The notes: generated from the letters alone by a model not told the origin. Positions 26,345-39,035 are shown, numbered from the stretch's first letter. The stretch is 64,000 nt of DNA from Callorhinchus milii (GCF_018977255.1 NW_024704743.1:25670001-25734000), one strand, 5' to 3'. Numbers and translations: made by a program.

Positions 26345-27301
26345 GGGACATGTTGGGAGGGAGAGGTTTTAAGGACAAGTTGAGCGGGGGAGGCAGGACA
26401 AGGAAGACAAAAAAGAAGACAAAGGAGAGAATGTGTTAGCACTTTGGACGTCCTCCTGACATGAAAGGCGTTCTATAAATGTAATTTTGTTGTTGTAGTT
26501 GATGGGTTAAAGGGGTGATAGTGGATCGTTCCCTCCGGGATTCCTTAATTCATTCTGCCATCAGCACTACCAGTTGCTCTCCTTCCCCTGGCACCTTCCC
26601 ATGCCAGTGCAGGAGATGCAATATCTGCCCTTTTACCTCCTCCCAGACCACTATCCAAGGCCCCAAACACAGCTTCCATGTAAGACAGTGGTTTACATGT
26701 ACTACCACCAATGTAGTATACTGTATCTGCTGCTCATGGTGTGGTGTCCTCTATATTGGGGAGACTAAGCGCAGATTGGGTGACTGATTTGCAGAACACC
26801 TTCGTTCTGTATGCAAGGTGAAACCTGATCTTCCGGTCTCCTGCCATTTTAACTCGCACTCCCATTCACAGTTTGACCTCTCCATCCATGGTCTCCTACG
26901 CTGTTCCAATGATCCACAGCGAAAGCTTGAAAGCATCTTAACTGTCTGCTAGGGACCTTACAGCTCTCTGGCCTCAATATCGATTTCAGCCACTTCAGAC
27001 CATAATAGCTCACCTTCCCCCCTCCCCCTCTTTTCGTTACCAGAAGATTTATCTTCTGTTATCATTACAATCGTCACCCCAGACACTCTGTGTCTCTGGT
27101 GTGTTGCCTGTTCTGCACGATTAACAATCTTCTCCCAGTTTTGTTTCAACCCACCCTCCCTTTTGTTTTACGCCACTATCACCGCTTTAACCCATCAACT
27201 AACACATTCTCTTCTTTGTCTTTTTTGTCATCTTTGATCCTCCTTGTCCTGCCTCCCCCTCTCAACTTGTCCTTAGAAACCTCTCCCTCCCAACATGCTC
27301 C

Positions 27302-27338
27302 AGTTCTGACGAAGGATTGTGAACCTGAAACGTTGACT
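27302..27338 (+). ncRNA. Minimal hammerhead-ribozyme-like motif in the Penelope pseudo-LTR
   Basis: agtt-CTGACGA-agg attgtgaa cct-GAAA-CGTT-gact. Both core boxes, stem II agg/cct and stem I agtt/gact are visible. Activity unknown. Confidence 0.6.
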
Positions 27339-28481
27339 CACTTTCTCCATAGATGCTGCTTGACTTGCTGAGTTTTCTCAGCTCTCGCTGCTTTTGCGTC
27401 CAGAGAAAATAAGCCTGGCACAGCCACAGTAATCCAAGGCATGCTTGTTGATGTAAGGTTCACCGTATTTATTACATTGAATGGGTCAGAGGCAGATCCC
27501 ACCATTATTCTCAACGGTGAGGCCTGAGAAGCTAGTTTCAATGCAAGATCTTGGACTCTTGACCTTTGACTGGAGGATATTGGCAAGCCTCTAATGTCCC
27601 ACTAACCATCAGTCTGAGCACATTATCAATGAGCTGGAAATTCAAGTCTGGATTGGTTTCTCCAACTTCATGATTCACAGCAGCGTGAGGGGGGAGGAGC
27701 CTTGGGTCAAACGTTTTAATCTTCTGAGCTGGAGATGTGCCACAACTTCTGATCCACTCCCACCACCCCTGTGCTGAGTTTATCTGGATTTGGCCACAGC
27801 ACTCCTTGGTTGGAGAGGGGAACCATTCAGGGGGCATAGTTACATCCACGTTAATCTGACTGTCTGGTGCCAATCTGCCAAATGTAATTTGGTTTTGTGC
27901 CAGCAAAAATGTAATGCAAGCATTGTATTCAGTGTCGTGACTGCTGCAGAGTGTCCTAACCTGAAACCCAGGTCTTGTCTCCAGCTGGCTGTCCTCATCA
28001 CCTGTAGTGGTTTTGAATATGCATTTTATGTTGCTAACCAGGATATTGCTGCTCTTGGTTGCTAGCACTGCTGCCAGTTGCTGTTGGTTGGATACATAGG
28101 TGAGGCTTGTTTCATTGGGGCTCATCAGTGGTGATGCTAGGTTATTTGGCTGAGGATTTGAGGATTGCAAACAGTAGCGGCTCTTAATGTGAGACAGATG
28201 AATGGCACTGGCCCTTTTTTCATTGACTATTTTATGAGGGACATCAGTAATCACAGTGGGTTGCTCTTTGTGTGAAGAGGAAAAGGGCCAAACGTCATTC
28301 TGCAGGGTTTAAGACCGTGTGTTGACTTTATCAACAAAACATTGCAAAACATTTTCATTCAGGCAAAAAAAGAACAAATGTCATTTTCAATGTGGCATTG
28401 TCTTCAAAGCAACTCTATATTTTAGGATACGGTGTGTGCTTTAACATGCAGAATGTATTTTGTGTTTATTATAAAATGAAT

Positions 28482-28985
28482 GACAACAAAAACAACAAAA
28501 TTACACTTATAGTGCACCTTTCACGTTTGGAGGATGTCCCAAAACGCTGGACAGTCAGGGGTCAGGACCTGAGCATGAGGGAGGGGTGGGGTAGGGGTGA
28601 GGGAAGGGAGAGAGGTGGGAGCTCGACCAAAGGCACGATCGAAGAGAAGGGTCTTGAGACTGGCCTTGAAGGAGACAAGGGAGGAAGTGAGGTGAAGGGA
28701 CCGTGGGATGGAGTTCCAGAGTGTGGGGGCAGAGAGGCTGAAAGCCTGGCCACCGATGGTGGGGCGGGAGACATAGAGCAGGCCGGAGCCCGATGAACGG
28801 AGAGAGCGGGCAGGTTGGTAGGGAGTCAGCAGGTCAGAGAGGTAGGAGGGAGCAAGGCCATGGATGGCCTTGACAGTGAGGATGAGGATCTTGAATTCGA
28901 TCTTCTGAGGGATGGGGAACCAATGGAGTTGGGCAAGGGTGGGAGTGATGGGGTCACATGAGCTGCAGAGTTTTGGATGATCTGT
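28482..28985 (-). mobile_element. L2 LINE ORF2 C-terminus and 3' UTR
   Basis: DPITPTLAQLHWFPIPQKIEFKILILTVKAIHGLAPSYLSDLLTPYQPARSLRSS...AFSLSAPTLWNSIP...FKASLKTLLFDRAF. Confidence 0.93.
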
Positions 28986-29059
28986 GAAGGGAGGCTTTAA
29001 AGCTACCATAGTCTAGATTAACTATTTAGGTGGGATTTTAGATAATAAATTTAATAAGA

Positions 29060-29456
29060 AATTGTTGCATTTGATACAGTGCCTTATGTTGAAACATCTC
29101 AAAGCGCTTCAGAATTATCATTGTAAAGTGTAGTGACTGCATTTGTAGGTGAACAAGTCAGCCAATTTGCACACAGCAGATAGTCATGAAATGAATGACC
29201 AATTTTAACCGGAAAATTGTTGGCCAGGACACAGGGAGAAACTCCTTTCTCTTTCCAAATAGTAATGTGGATTCTTTAATGTCATGACCTCGGATTTAAC
29301 ATCTCACTTGAAGCATGACATCTCCAAAAATGCAGCTCTCCTCAGCACTAACTGGAGTGTTGGCCTAGACTATGAACTCAAAGACCTAGATGTGGAATTT
29401 GATCCCACACCATTTTGATCCATAGATGAGAGTGCTACCAACTGAGACAAACTCAC
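29060..29456 (-). mobile_element. tRNA-derived SINE, family B
   Basis: Tail ttgcatttgatacag, core and head gagagtgctaccaactgag. Confidence 0.82.
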
Positions 29457-29562
29457 ACCCACAATTTCTTGAACATTTTTAAAATTCAGCCTCAATTTTG
29501 AAGCTGGTTTTCTACAAGCTCTTTTAAGAACTACCAGAAATCCAACGTCAAAGTTAAGATGT

Positions 29563-29927
29563 GGATTCCTGTAGCTTAGTGGTTAGAGCACTCGCCTTGC
29601 AAGCGAGAGGACCTGGGTTCAATTCCCAGGCAGGGCGAAAAGTTGGGCATGTTTCCTTACTCCACGCGCCTATGTTTACCTAGCAGTAAGTAGGAACCCA
29701 GTGGTTAGTTGATTGGCGGGTTGCTTTTCTGGGGGTAATAATCCCTTAAAAAAATAATAATTTGGGCACTTAATCCATGACTGTTTGTAGAAGACTGCTA
29801 TGTGCAATTAGCTGCTGTGTTTCACCCACAAAACATAGTCAGTTCACCTTACAGTATTTTCGATGAAGCGCTTTGAGATGTCTCGAAGACGTGACGAGAT
29901 GTCATATCAAATGCAAGGATTATTATT
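29563..29927 (+). mobile_element. tRNA-derived SINE, family A
   Basis: Full head with A and B boxes, body and (ATT)n tail. Confidence 0.9.
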
Positions 29928-30031
29928 AAGACTGAATCGACAATTTGCCACATTTTGCACATTTTAACATGCTGCTAAATAGTGTAAATCTAGACCCTGG
30001 TGGAGTTTTCTCCCCCAAATAAATAAATAGA

Positions 30032-30408
30032 TAATAATAATCCTTGCATTTGTTATAGCGCTTTTCATGTTCGGAGGACGTCCCAAAGCGCTTCACAGGA
30101 TTTACTGTAAAGTACAGTGTTTTTGTAGACGAAAGCAAATTATGCCACAAACAGCCGCTGTTGGCCGGACACCGGGAGAAACTCCCTTCTCTTTTCAAAC
30201 AGTGCCATGGGACCTCGAACATCCACCTGAACAGGCAGACAGTTTAACATCTCATCTGAAAGATGGCACCTCCCACAATCCAAATCCCCCCCCCCACATT
30301 TGATTGCATTGGAGTGTCAGTTCAGACAATGTGCGTTCAAGTCCTGACATGGGGCTTGAACGCACTGTCTTCCCACTCTTGAGGTGAGAGTGCTGCCGCT
30401 GAGCCAGA
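30032..30408 (-). mobile_element. tRNA-derived SINE, family B
   Basis: aataataatccttgcatttg tail, core and head gagagtgctgccgctgagcca. Confidence 0.85.
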
Positions 30409-31134
30409 CTGCTGTGATTTACAGCTTGTAGAGATTGCACTTTACAGCCAAAGTATTTGAGTATTGCTGAGCTCATAAGTCGCCAGCCTTCTCTAAAACC
30501 AGATCCAAATGCCTGTTTTTTAGAGAAGTCTCACGACTTGTCAGCTCAGCACAAAGCAGAAATATTTGTTCTTGAAAGGAGGGTGTGTTTACGGTATAGG
30601 TTAACTACAGATGAATCAGACTGGTGGAGTGAAGCTAAACTGTTTTGATGCCTGCCTAGATTATGGCCTTTGTTTTCATTCTCCCTCACTATCAGTTGAG
30701 TATTTATTTGGGTCATTTTTATTATTAACAATGTAAGATTCGATTGGGTTGAGGTTTGAGTTTGGGTCTTACCTGCGGCATTGTAATTAGCTACGGCCCT
30801 CATAGGTTAGGGAGGGGAAAGGTAAGCGTGGGTTATCAAGAGGAAAGCTTAAAATAATAATAATTATAATCCTTGCATTTGATACAATACCTTTCAGGTC
30901 AGGATGACATCTCAAGGCACTTCACTGGACTGACCTAGGTTGTCCCAGGTTATCAAGGAGAAAGGTTTGGCTGTTTTCTCACTCCTGTTTTGATGGCCTC
31001 ACCCAATAGAATGGTCTATAGACCCTCTCAGTTGAGGCTCGTACAAGAAGAACGGTCACTTGGGCTGGGTCTCATAAGTGTCGTCAATTTCAGGAGACAA
31101 AGGAAGAACGTTACCCAGAATAAGATGAGTCTTT

Positions 31135-31780
31135 ACAATACAAAATTACATTTGTAAAGTGCCTTACAAGTGTCCAGGAGGACATCCCAAGGCACTGTAC
31201 AGTCAGGGACCCGGAGAGGAGGGGTCGTTGGGATCAGGGAGGGTGATGGGTAGGAGGATGGCTGAAGGCACGGTGAAAGAGGAAAGTTTTGAGGCTTCGA
31301 AGGAGGCAAGGGAGGGAGCGAGGCGAAGGGAATGTGGGATGGAGTTCTAGAGGGTGGGGGCAGAGAGGCTGAAGGCCCGACCGCCGATAGTGGGGCAGGC
31401 TTGGTGGGGGATATAGAGCAGGTCGGAGCCTGCTGAGCGGAGGGAGTGGACAGGTTGATATGGGATTAGCTGGTTGGAGGGGGGCAAGGCCGTAGAGGGC
31501 CGAGAAGGTGAGGACGAGAATTTTGAACTCGATCCTCTGAGGGATGGGGAGCCAGTGGAGCCGGGCGAGGGTGGGTGTGATGGGATCACGGAGCCTGGTG
31601 TGGGAGAGGACACGAGCTGCAGAGTACTGGATGATCTGCAGTTTGTGGAGGGAAGAATTGGGAAGGCTGACAAGCAGGGCATAGTTGAGCTTGGTTGTAA
31701 TGAAGGCAAGTATGAGGGTTTTGGCAGCCTGATGGGTGAGGCAGGGGCAGAGTCGGGCAATGTTGTGGAGGTGGGGGATA
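31135..31780 (-). mobile_element. L2 LINE ORF2 C-terminal fragment
   Basis: Frameshifted L2 motifs including YQPVHSLRSAGS and GGRAFSLSAPTL. Confidence 0.88.
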
Positions 31781-31954
31781 GTTTACAGGGAGTAAACATT
31801 TATAAATGGTTTGTAGGGAGTGCCTGAAAATTCCACAGTCATGATGCATAATAAGCATTTAAAGATAGTAATCTGAACATCCAACAAATGCCTAAAGGTG
31901 TCAGCTTGCCTCATATTTTGCACGCTCGCCTCTGAGTCACAAGACCACAGGCTC

Positions 31955-32075
31955 AAGCAAAAATTGTTAGAATTGGTCTCAACACTTGTGGGTTAGAGAG
32001 GAAAAACTCAGTGTACTTGCTCTTCATTACTGTCCAGTGACCTCTGCTGGAAAGTATGTGTATATGTTGGATGAG
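31955..32075 (+). mobile_element. Ancient SINE remnant, DeuSINE-like by recall (similar pieces at about 18230-18345, 30960-31110, 42350-42570)
   Basis: tccagtgacctctgctggaaagtatgtg recurs as cacagtgactcctgctggaaagtgtatg near 42467. The family name is from memory only. Confidence 0.4.
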
Positions 32076-35000
32076 AAGAATAGCCCAATCCAGTATATCC
32101 CCAGCACTACAGCAAATCTCCCCCGCGCACCCACCCCCCGCACCCCAAAGAGAGTCCAGCAACAAAGCATCCAGACTTTCCTATTTATAAACGGTTTTAC
32201 TAATAAATGGACAAAGATTTTGAAGCAAAATAATACAGAAGGGTACAGGGAAAGAGCGGGGAACTGTGATTAGAATAATTTGCTCCAGTGAAGGAGCAAG
32301 CACCAGTTTAGGAGCTGGTACAACTTACCTGGAATTTGCTATTTACAAAGCCCTGTGTGAATCTCACAAACTGGTTGAATGGCCTCTTCATAGGCTTTCT
32401 TTCTCCTGCCCATTATCAACAGTGCAGCATTTTGCTTCTCTGCAAAGCATTAAAGCACTGCACGTCACCATTGCCTGTCTAGTCAATTACATGTGACAAA
32501 TCTACTTATTCATTAGCGTTTGCCAATATGAGCACCTGCCAGATAATAAAACGTTCTTCAGTAATTGAATAGCTTTAGGGGTGACCTCTCCCAGTTTGGG
32601 GATATACCGCTGCATTGTTATAGGAGAGATTACTGGGATTGTGAGGGTTTGATGCCTGGAATGTTATGGCTGTTATTTACTGGACTTTTGTTTTTATTAT
32701 TACAGACCAAACAAAACTTACCTTACCTCTATCTTAAGGACAAAACACAGCTTAGATACCCCTGATACTCCCGACAGAACCAAACATAAGCTGTAGAATA
32801 TTTTATAAAGGAAGCTAACTCGCCTCCTGGCTCCACTTGTGAGTGAAATAATGAAATTCTTTTGGTGAGAACCTTTTTCGGGAGTGAGAAATGCTATTGT
32901 GTTTTGCAAAGAAACAGTTGTCCACCAATATTCAATCTTAAAGTTCAACACAAATGGCCCCTCAACACCACAATGAATTTCTCTGGAGTGAAAACCCTGG
33001 CTGATTTTTTTTTCTTTTCCTCCTCTTAGCCCAAGTGAATTAGATCAAACTGTAGTTATCCAGACCGTTCCAGCTGGGTAAAAGCAGCCAATTCGGTACA
33101 AAGTTTCTGTTCCTTCTCATCTGTCCTGCATTCGGCCATAGTACAGTTTCTCACAAGTCAGAGTCTTTAATAACCGAGCCATGCGGGAATCTCAGAAATG
33201 ACACTTCCAAGAAGTGTTTGCGATTTAGTTTCCACTTACCACATCCTTTTTAAAATGAGTTTCATTATATATGCTTGTCAAAATCAGCTTCTGAGATTTA
33301 AAAAAAAGTGACATACTTTAATTTCACAGATTTCACCTGAAATTTACCATGGTCTTAGCCTTGAGAACATCTTGTTCAGTTAGAGTAGGTCGAGCTGAAT
33401 AAGCAGCTTGCCAGACAGTGCTTTCAGTGGCAAGTGATGTGGATTTAGCTGGTTAAACTCCAGCCTTAACCCAATACACACTCAGGGATCCCCAAGCCTT
33501 GCTGTTGCCAACCTGCACCTGATACTTTCTGGAAGTAAGTAAACAGGGTGCGTCCTCCTCATTTGGGACATCCAACCAACATGAAAGACGTTGTATAAAT
33601 GTAATTTATTGTTATTGTCTCTCTGGGGAGCGGTTCCACATTTCATTCCCAACACAGGAATTTCTGTGATGGGGCATGCATGGAACTTTTAGTTTGGCAT
33701 AGATACTTTTAAGCATGGTGATTGGTTTCCGACTGTGTCAGAAACTCGGCTGAACAAATAAAAAAAAGACCATCTTCTCCTTTCAGAACTCCATTTAGAG
33801 CTCTGCACCATGTTTTTTCCCGCACCAGGCTCTGTGAGCTTCATGATCCCTATCCTCGCTCCAATGGGCTCCCCAACCCCACAGCACAGCGATGGCCAAC
33901 TCTCAGCCCTCGGGCCACATGAAGGCTACATTACCATGCCTAAAAAGGTAATATGTGGTCATACTTTGCCATCCCTGGCCCAGCAGATCAAATTCAAGAT
34001 TCTCAACCTCTCATTCAAATGCCATTCAGACGATTCAAAGACGTGATAAGGCGCTATATAAACTGCAAGTATTATTATGGTCTCGCACCACCCGATCTCT
34101 GCAAGCTCCTATAAATGTTGTTGTCGTCCTTCACATTTACCATTGCGTATAATTTTGGAAAATTCTTAATTTCAGTTTTAATTTTTTTAAAAAAAACTAT
34201 GGAGAAATGGTTTCCAAATTCAAGAATCATGTGAAATTCTGCACAATTTTAAGACAAAACAGTCTTAGGGCGGAGACCATTGGACCATGGAGGTTTGAAA
34301 AAAGAAATATATTTTCAATCTAACAATTGTTTACACAGGCCTGACGAGAAAGCACAGCATCAAACAAACCTCCCGGCTAGCCGGACTAATGGTGGGGGAA
34401 AGGCAATCCAGTCCAGTGAGCTGGAATTTCCAGCTAGGTATAATTACAATGTTGGTATTGGTATTTTTCAAAAATGCCCGTAAATGCCAGTACCAGCATT
34501 GTAATTGTTCAAAGCCTGCGAGCAGACTCTACATTCAAACAATCTTTTAAGTTCTCCAGGCTGGCAGAGGATGGTGAAGCTGCACATTGTGGTGTTGGCA
34601 CGTGCCAGGAGAATTAGCAGTCAGGACCCTCCAGAAATGTAAAAAACATTTGGTTTGGTGCTTGGTCCAGCTAGGTTAATATTCTGAATCGACGGAGTCC
34701 AGTACGATGGCGATTTACTGTGCATATAGAATAAGAGACCGGAGATAATGTGAGGAAAGGTAATGAAAATAATCCACGCATTTGTTATAGTGCCTTTCAT
34801 GTCCAGTCTCAAGATGCTTCACAGTAAAATGTAAAGGCTGTATTTTGTAGGCAAACATATTCGAGTAGAAATACATCATCAATTCAAATGCAACCTTGAT
34901 AAGCTCAGAGTCTCTGAATCCTGGCTGCAGACAGGATTTATGGTATTTATCTGTGTCCGGAAAAAAACGGTCAATATGTATTCGAAGATATTGCCATCAA

Positions 35001-35377
35001 AATTGGCATTGGTTTCTTTTTGTTTTGGCAAAAAATAGGAGTAGATTATTTTAAATGTCCACTCCTTAAAAACACATTTTCTTTTTCATTTAATTTGTGT
35101 CCTTTTTATATCAGAAACATGTACTGGTGCTCTGAAAATATAAACCCACAGTTGATTGCATCAAATCACTTCATCCTCTTATGACACTTTAACTGCAGTG
35201 TAATCTTATAATGTAGAAATGCACTTCTGCATAATATGTACAAGAATATTATTTAACCCTACAAGGATATAACGTGTGATTACACACAAAGTGGCAACAG
35301 CACGTGTTAACATATACTAGCATCTTGATTACAAATAAAGTGTCTCATTTCGTTTCTTCTTTCTCTGTCCAACCCAA

Positions 35378-35552
35378 CCGGCACCCACCCCCCTCCCTCC
35401 CCTCACCCGCCCAACAACCTTGGCTTATGTATTATCATTAGACGAGGTCCCAAAGCTTATTTCTGTCAGAGAATGCAATCGCTGCTGCACTGCAGCTCTG
35501 CTCCATGCTGTGGGTATAAACTGCCTGTTCCCTGGCTGACTCGACTCAGTAC
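35378..35552 (+). promoter_or_regulatory. Candidate TATA promoter for the short first exon
   Basis: CACCC/GC-box-like tract at about 35380-35412, TATAAA at 35515-35520, Inr-like TCAGT at 35546-35550. Lies in a repeat-poor stretch. Confidence 0.45.
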
Positions 35553-35669
35553 TCCTCATCCAGAGCTGGTGGATTAGACACAAAGTCTTGGACTCTAGAG
35601 ACGAGGAGACACTTGTCACCTCCTTCTGCTTTTCTACGGCAAATTAACTGGAAACAATAGACCTGCAAC

Positions 35670-35697
35670 ATGAATGAACAGGATGGTTCGAGCCAGG
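35670..35697 (+). CDS. Candidate alternative first coding exon of the KCC gene (MNEQDGSSQ-G)
   Basis: gcaacATG (A at -3) with an in-frame TAG at 35658-35660, nine codons plus G, then donor AGG|gtgagt. Phase 1 matches the exon at 57998. No transcript evidence available. Confidence 0.55.
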
Positions 35698-36324
35698 GTG
35701 AGTGGGAGAGCGTAGAATGCTGTTGCTGCTTCAATTTTTTTTATATACTATATGTTTGCATATATATATTTCTTCCATACCCTTCCCCCTCCCCCCAGCC
35801 CACTCCCACCTTTTCTTTTCTGATCTCAGCGCTCATGCCATCGATTGCAAGGTTAAATTGAACTCGTTTTGACAAAGCAATTTCAGGTTGAATTGAAGCC
35901 TTTGTCAAAGATGTGCTGTGCGAGAGGTTGTGTCAGGGGAGCTGGCGTGAAGTGCTGAATTTGTTTTAATTAATGCTGTCGCAGTGATGCTTCGGGAGAT
36001 GTTCTTTCACCTGGCGCCACTTTCATTTTAGTGCTTGTTGACTGGAAACAAATGCAGGAGGAGGTAGTGTTCAGTTACGTAAAGGGATTAAAACAACAGC
36101 ATTGGTCCTTCATTTGTATTTTAGTATAACAGAAATCCTTCTGGTCGGTGCAATATAACTCATTCAATAAAAGATTGCCACAGGGGTATAGGTTAGTCTC
36201 TGTTACAGAATAGATTTTTTTCAATTCACTAAGTCTCTTGCATTATTAATGCCTCCTTTTGCTATAGTGCTCTGCATTAATTGTTCCCCTTTGAACGTCA
36301 TTTATTTCTTGAAATCTTGCTTAT

Positions 36325-36662
36325 GGAGTCCCGTAATGTAGTGGTTAGCAAGCTCGCCTCGCAAGCGAGAGGACCCGGGTTCGATTCCTGGGTGGGGTGC
36401 AACCTTAGGTAAGTTTCATTACTCCAGAACCCGGTTGTTAGTTGATTGGCGGTTCACTTTCCGGGGGTAATAATCCCTCAAAAAAATAATAATTTGGTCA
36501 TTCAGTCAACTGTGTGTGGGATACTGCTGTATGCAATTAGCTACCATGTTTCGCCCACAAAATAATCAGTCAATTCACTTTACAATATATTCTGTGAAGC
36601 AATTTGAGGCGTCTCAACAACATTTTAAGACTCCATATCAATTGCAAGGATTAGTATTATTG
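36325..36662 (+). mobile_element. tRNA-derived SINE, family A
   Basis: Head ggagtcccgt...gggttcgattcc, body and tail. Confidence 0.88.
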
Positions 36663-38619
36663 TTGTGCGGTCTTGTTTAAGATCCTGAGGCGATATTGCG
36701 AAAAGGAAATTTGAATGAAGGATCTTCAAATAAAATTATAAAGTGATCACTAATGCTAGGCACGTGGATGAAACAGCCAGTTTATGGAACAGTCTAGCTG
36801 AAGTACTGGTCACAGTTGATGCAAGACTATTAATGAAAGGACACAATCCTTCTCACACACTCGGTTTTCTGTCGCACGTTTAGTAACATTGGTAAGTTTT
36901 TCCTTCTAGGTGTTTCACTGATTATTCTGATGTGACGGTGATGGAGTTTAAAGCGAGAAGGATGTGCCTTGTGCATCACTGACTCATGAGACTTATTATT
37001 GGGATATTACAACATTTCATTGAAAGTAATGGAGAAAAGAAAAACTTTTCTTGGAACACATTGTAGAGCCCCTTTCTATCCCTGGATGGCTGGCTGGGTT
37101 TCCAGTGTTAAATGTAGGGACATGCAATATCTTACTTTGAGAATTTCTCTACGTGATATAGTTTTTCTATCTAGCATTGCTATATTTGTTCCCCTTTGAA
37201 TGTCAATTATTGAAGATTTGCAAGGTGGTCTTGTTTAAGATAAAGTATCTAGCATTCATACCGTCTAGCAAGTCCTTGAGAATTGACAATCAAAGCGGAG
37301 CTGTCATACCAATGCTAGGTACTTAAACAAGTCAGGGATTGCGATCCTCAGTAAGACTTCTAACAGGTACAGTAAACTGTGAGTCTTCCTCTTTAACATC
37401 TAACAATCATTATATTTGATATAGAACCTTATATGGAAATATCTTTGCCTACAAAATACATAGTCACTACACTTCACAGTCAATCCTGTGAAGAGGTTTG
37501 AGGCATTCTCCCCACATAAAAGGTACTGCATCAAATGTAATGATTATTATAATTTAAAACAGCAGTCAATTTGCACGCAGTGGTATCTCCCAACTGGCCA
37601 TTAGGTGAATGACCAATATCGTCTTTGTATTAAACCACTGACTGATGCAGAGTGGGCAGAGGTAATGGAGCGCAAATGTAACCCATGAAATGTGTTGGCT
37701 GGCACTGGTGACAGCGAGCATGTACAGGATTTAGGGATATGTTGGACTTTTTGCAAATCATTGCATTGCGTGATGACACAAATAGCATATGACTCAGTGA
37801 CTGGCTCTTAAAATTTGAGAATGGGTCAATGAAGCAACCTCAGGGTGGTACAGTAAACCTATTTCAGGGACAATGCAATGACCTGGAGATCAGAGTTCAA
37901 ACTCCGAACTGGCCTTCAAAATGAACAGCAACTTTGATTTAAAATGTGAAAGGAGGGCTGCAGTTCCTTGACCTGCAATAGCCTTGCATTTCAGCAGAGA
38001 GCACAACTCCAATACATACATAGAGATTTGTGTGTTAAAAATCCTTTAGGAGAGCAAATACACTTCAGTACTCATGTTCTGTGGTAAGTTAATAGTTTCA
38101 CAAAACAGATTTAATAAAACTGACCTCTAATCTAAATCCAAAGCTTAACGGGAAATGCATTTATTTAATAAAAAAAAACGACTGCAGAGATTTACTGAGA
38201 TTCAGACTTAGTAAAAGTCACTGAAATATCCGAATCTGTCAGGTTTGTATTTCTTTTTGTTCTTATTCCCATCGAAGAGATGATACGCTGGAGTACCCCC
38301 CTCTCAGATTATGGCAGCCCTCTGCTACCTCGACCGAATGCCAGGCTTCATTTGTTAGCCAAAACTGGAAACATTGGTAGGATTATCGACCGTGTGCAGG
38401 TATCAAAGCGGTGTTCAATGCTGTCCCACAGGATTCCTTTGATCCATCAAGTTCTAAATCAAATAGCCACAAATCTTTTAGTTGAAAGTGACTTTAATAG
38501 TGCCTTTTTGAAACTGTTCCACCATTTGTGCAGGTAGTTTGTCCTAAATGTCTATCACTCTATATTTTAAAAAATCATCTGCATTGTTATGCGCTTTTAT
38601 TGTTCTTATTTGGTTCCGT

Positions 38620-39035
38620 TGATGGTGCTTCCGCCCTCGGATCAGTAGGTTGTGAGTTCAGGCCCCACATCGAGACTTAGAACTCATATCATCTAAACTG
38701 ACACTCCAGTGCAGTGCTGCAAGTGTGCTTCATTATTGGTGCTTCGGATGAAACATTAAACTGAGGTCCTGTCTGCCTGTTCAGGTGGATGTTAAAGATC
38801 CCAATGGCACTATTTGCAAAATGAACAGTTTCTCCATTGTCCTGGCCAACAATCCCAAATTTTTTTAAAAAAAGGAATGGTCAATCACTTTGTGGGGCTT
38901 TGCCGTGTGGAGATTAGCTTCCACTGTCACCCACAAAACACACAGTCACACCACTTTACAGCATATTCCATGAAGCACTTTATGACATCCTCCTAATGGG
39001 GAAAGGCACTGTACCAAATGTGAAGTATTATTATT
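38620..39035 (+). mobile_element. tRNA-derived SINE, family B
   Basis: Core ggatgaaacattaaactgaggtcctgtctgcctgttcaggtggatgttaaagatccca and tail. Confidence 0.82.

Larger units (their letters stand above)
26211..27398 (+). mobile_element. 5'-truncated Penelope-like retroelement with GIY-YIG endonuclease remnant and inverted pseudo-LTR
   Basis: Frame reads PGTFPCQCRRCNICP...FTCTTTNVVYCICCSWCGVLYIGETKRRLGD*FAEHLRSV...PVSCHFNS (VVY-YIG). Inverted arms at about 26215-26524 and 27173-27398. Flanking direct repeat TCC(G/A)GAGAAAATAA at 26197-26210 and 27399-27412. Confidence 0.9.

Noticed and set aside
27538..28254. Longest ORF in the window (238 aa, minus strand) as a host gene
   Set aside because: No recognisable domain, no ATG start and no clear splice context. 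Kept only as a possible part of an old repeat.
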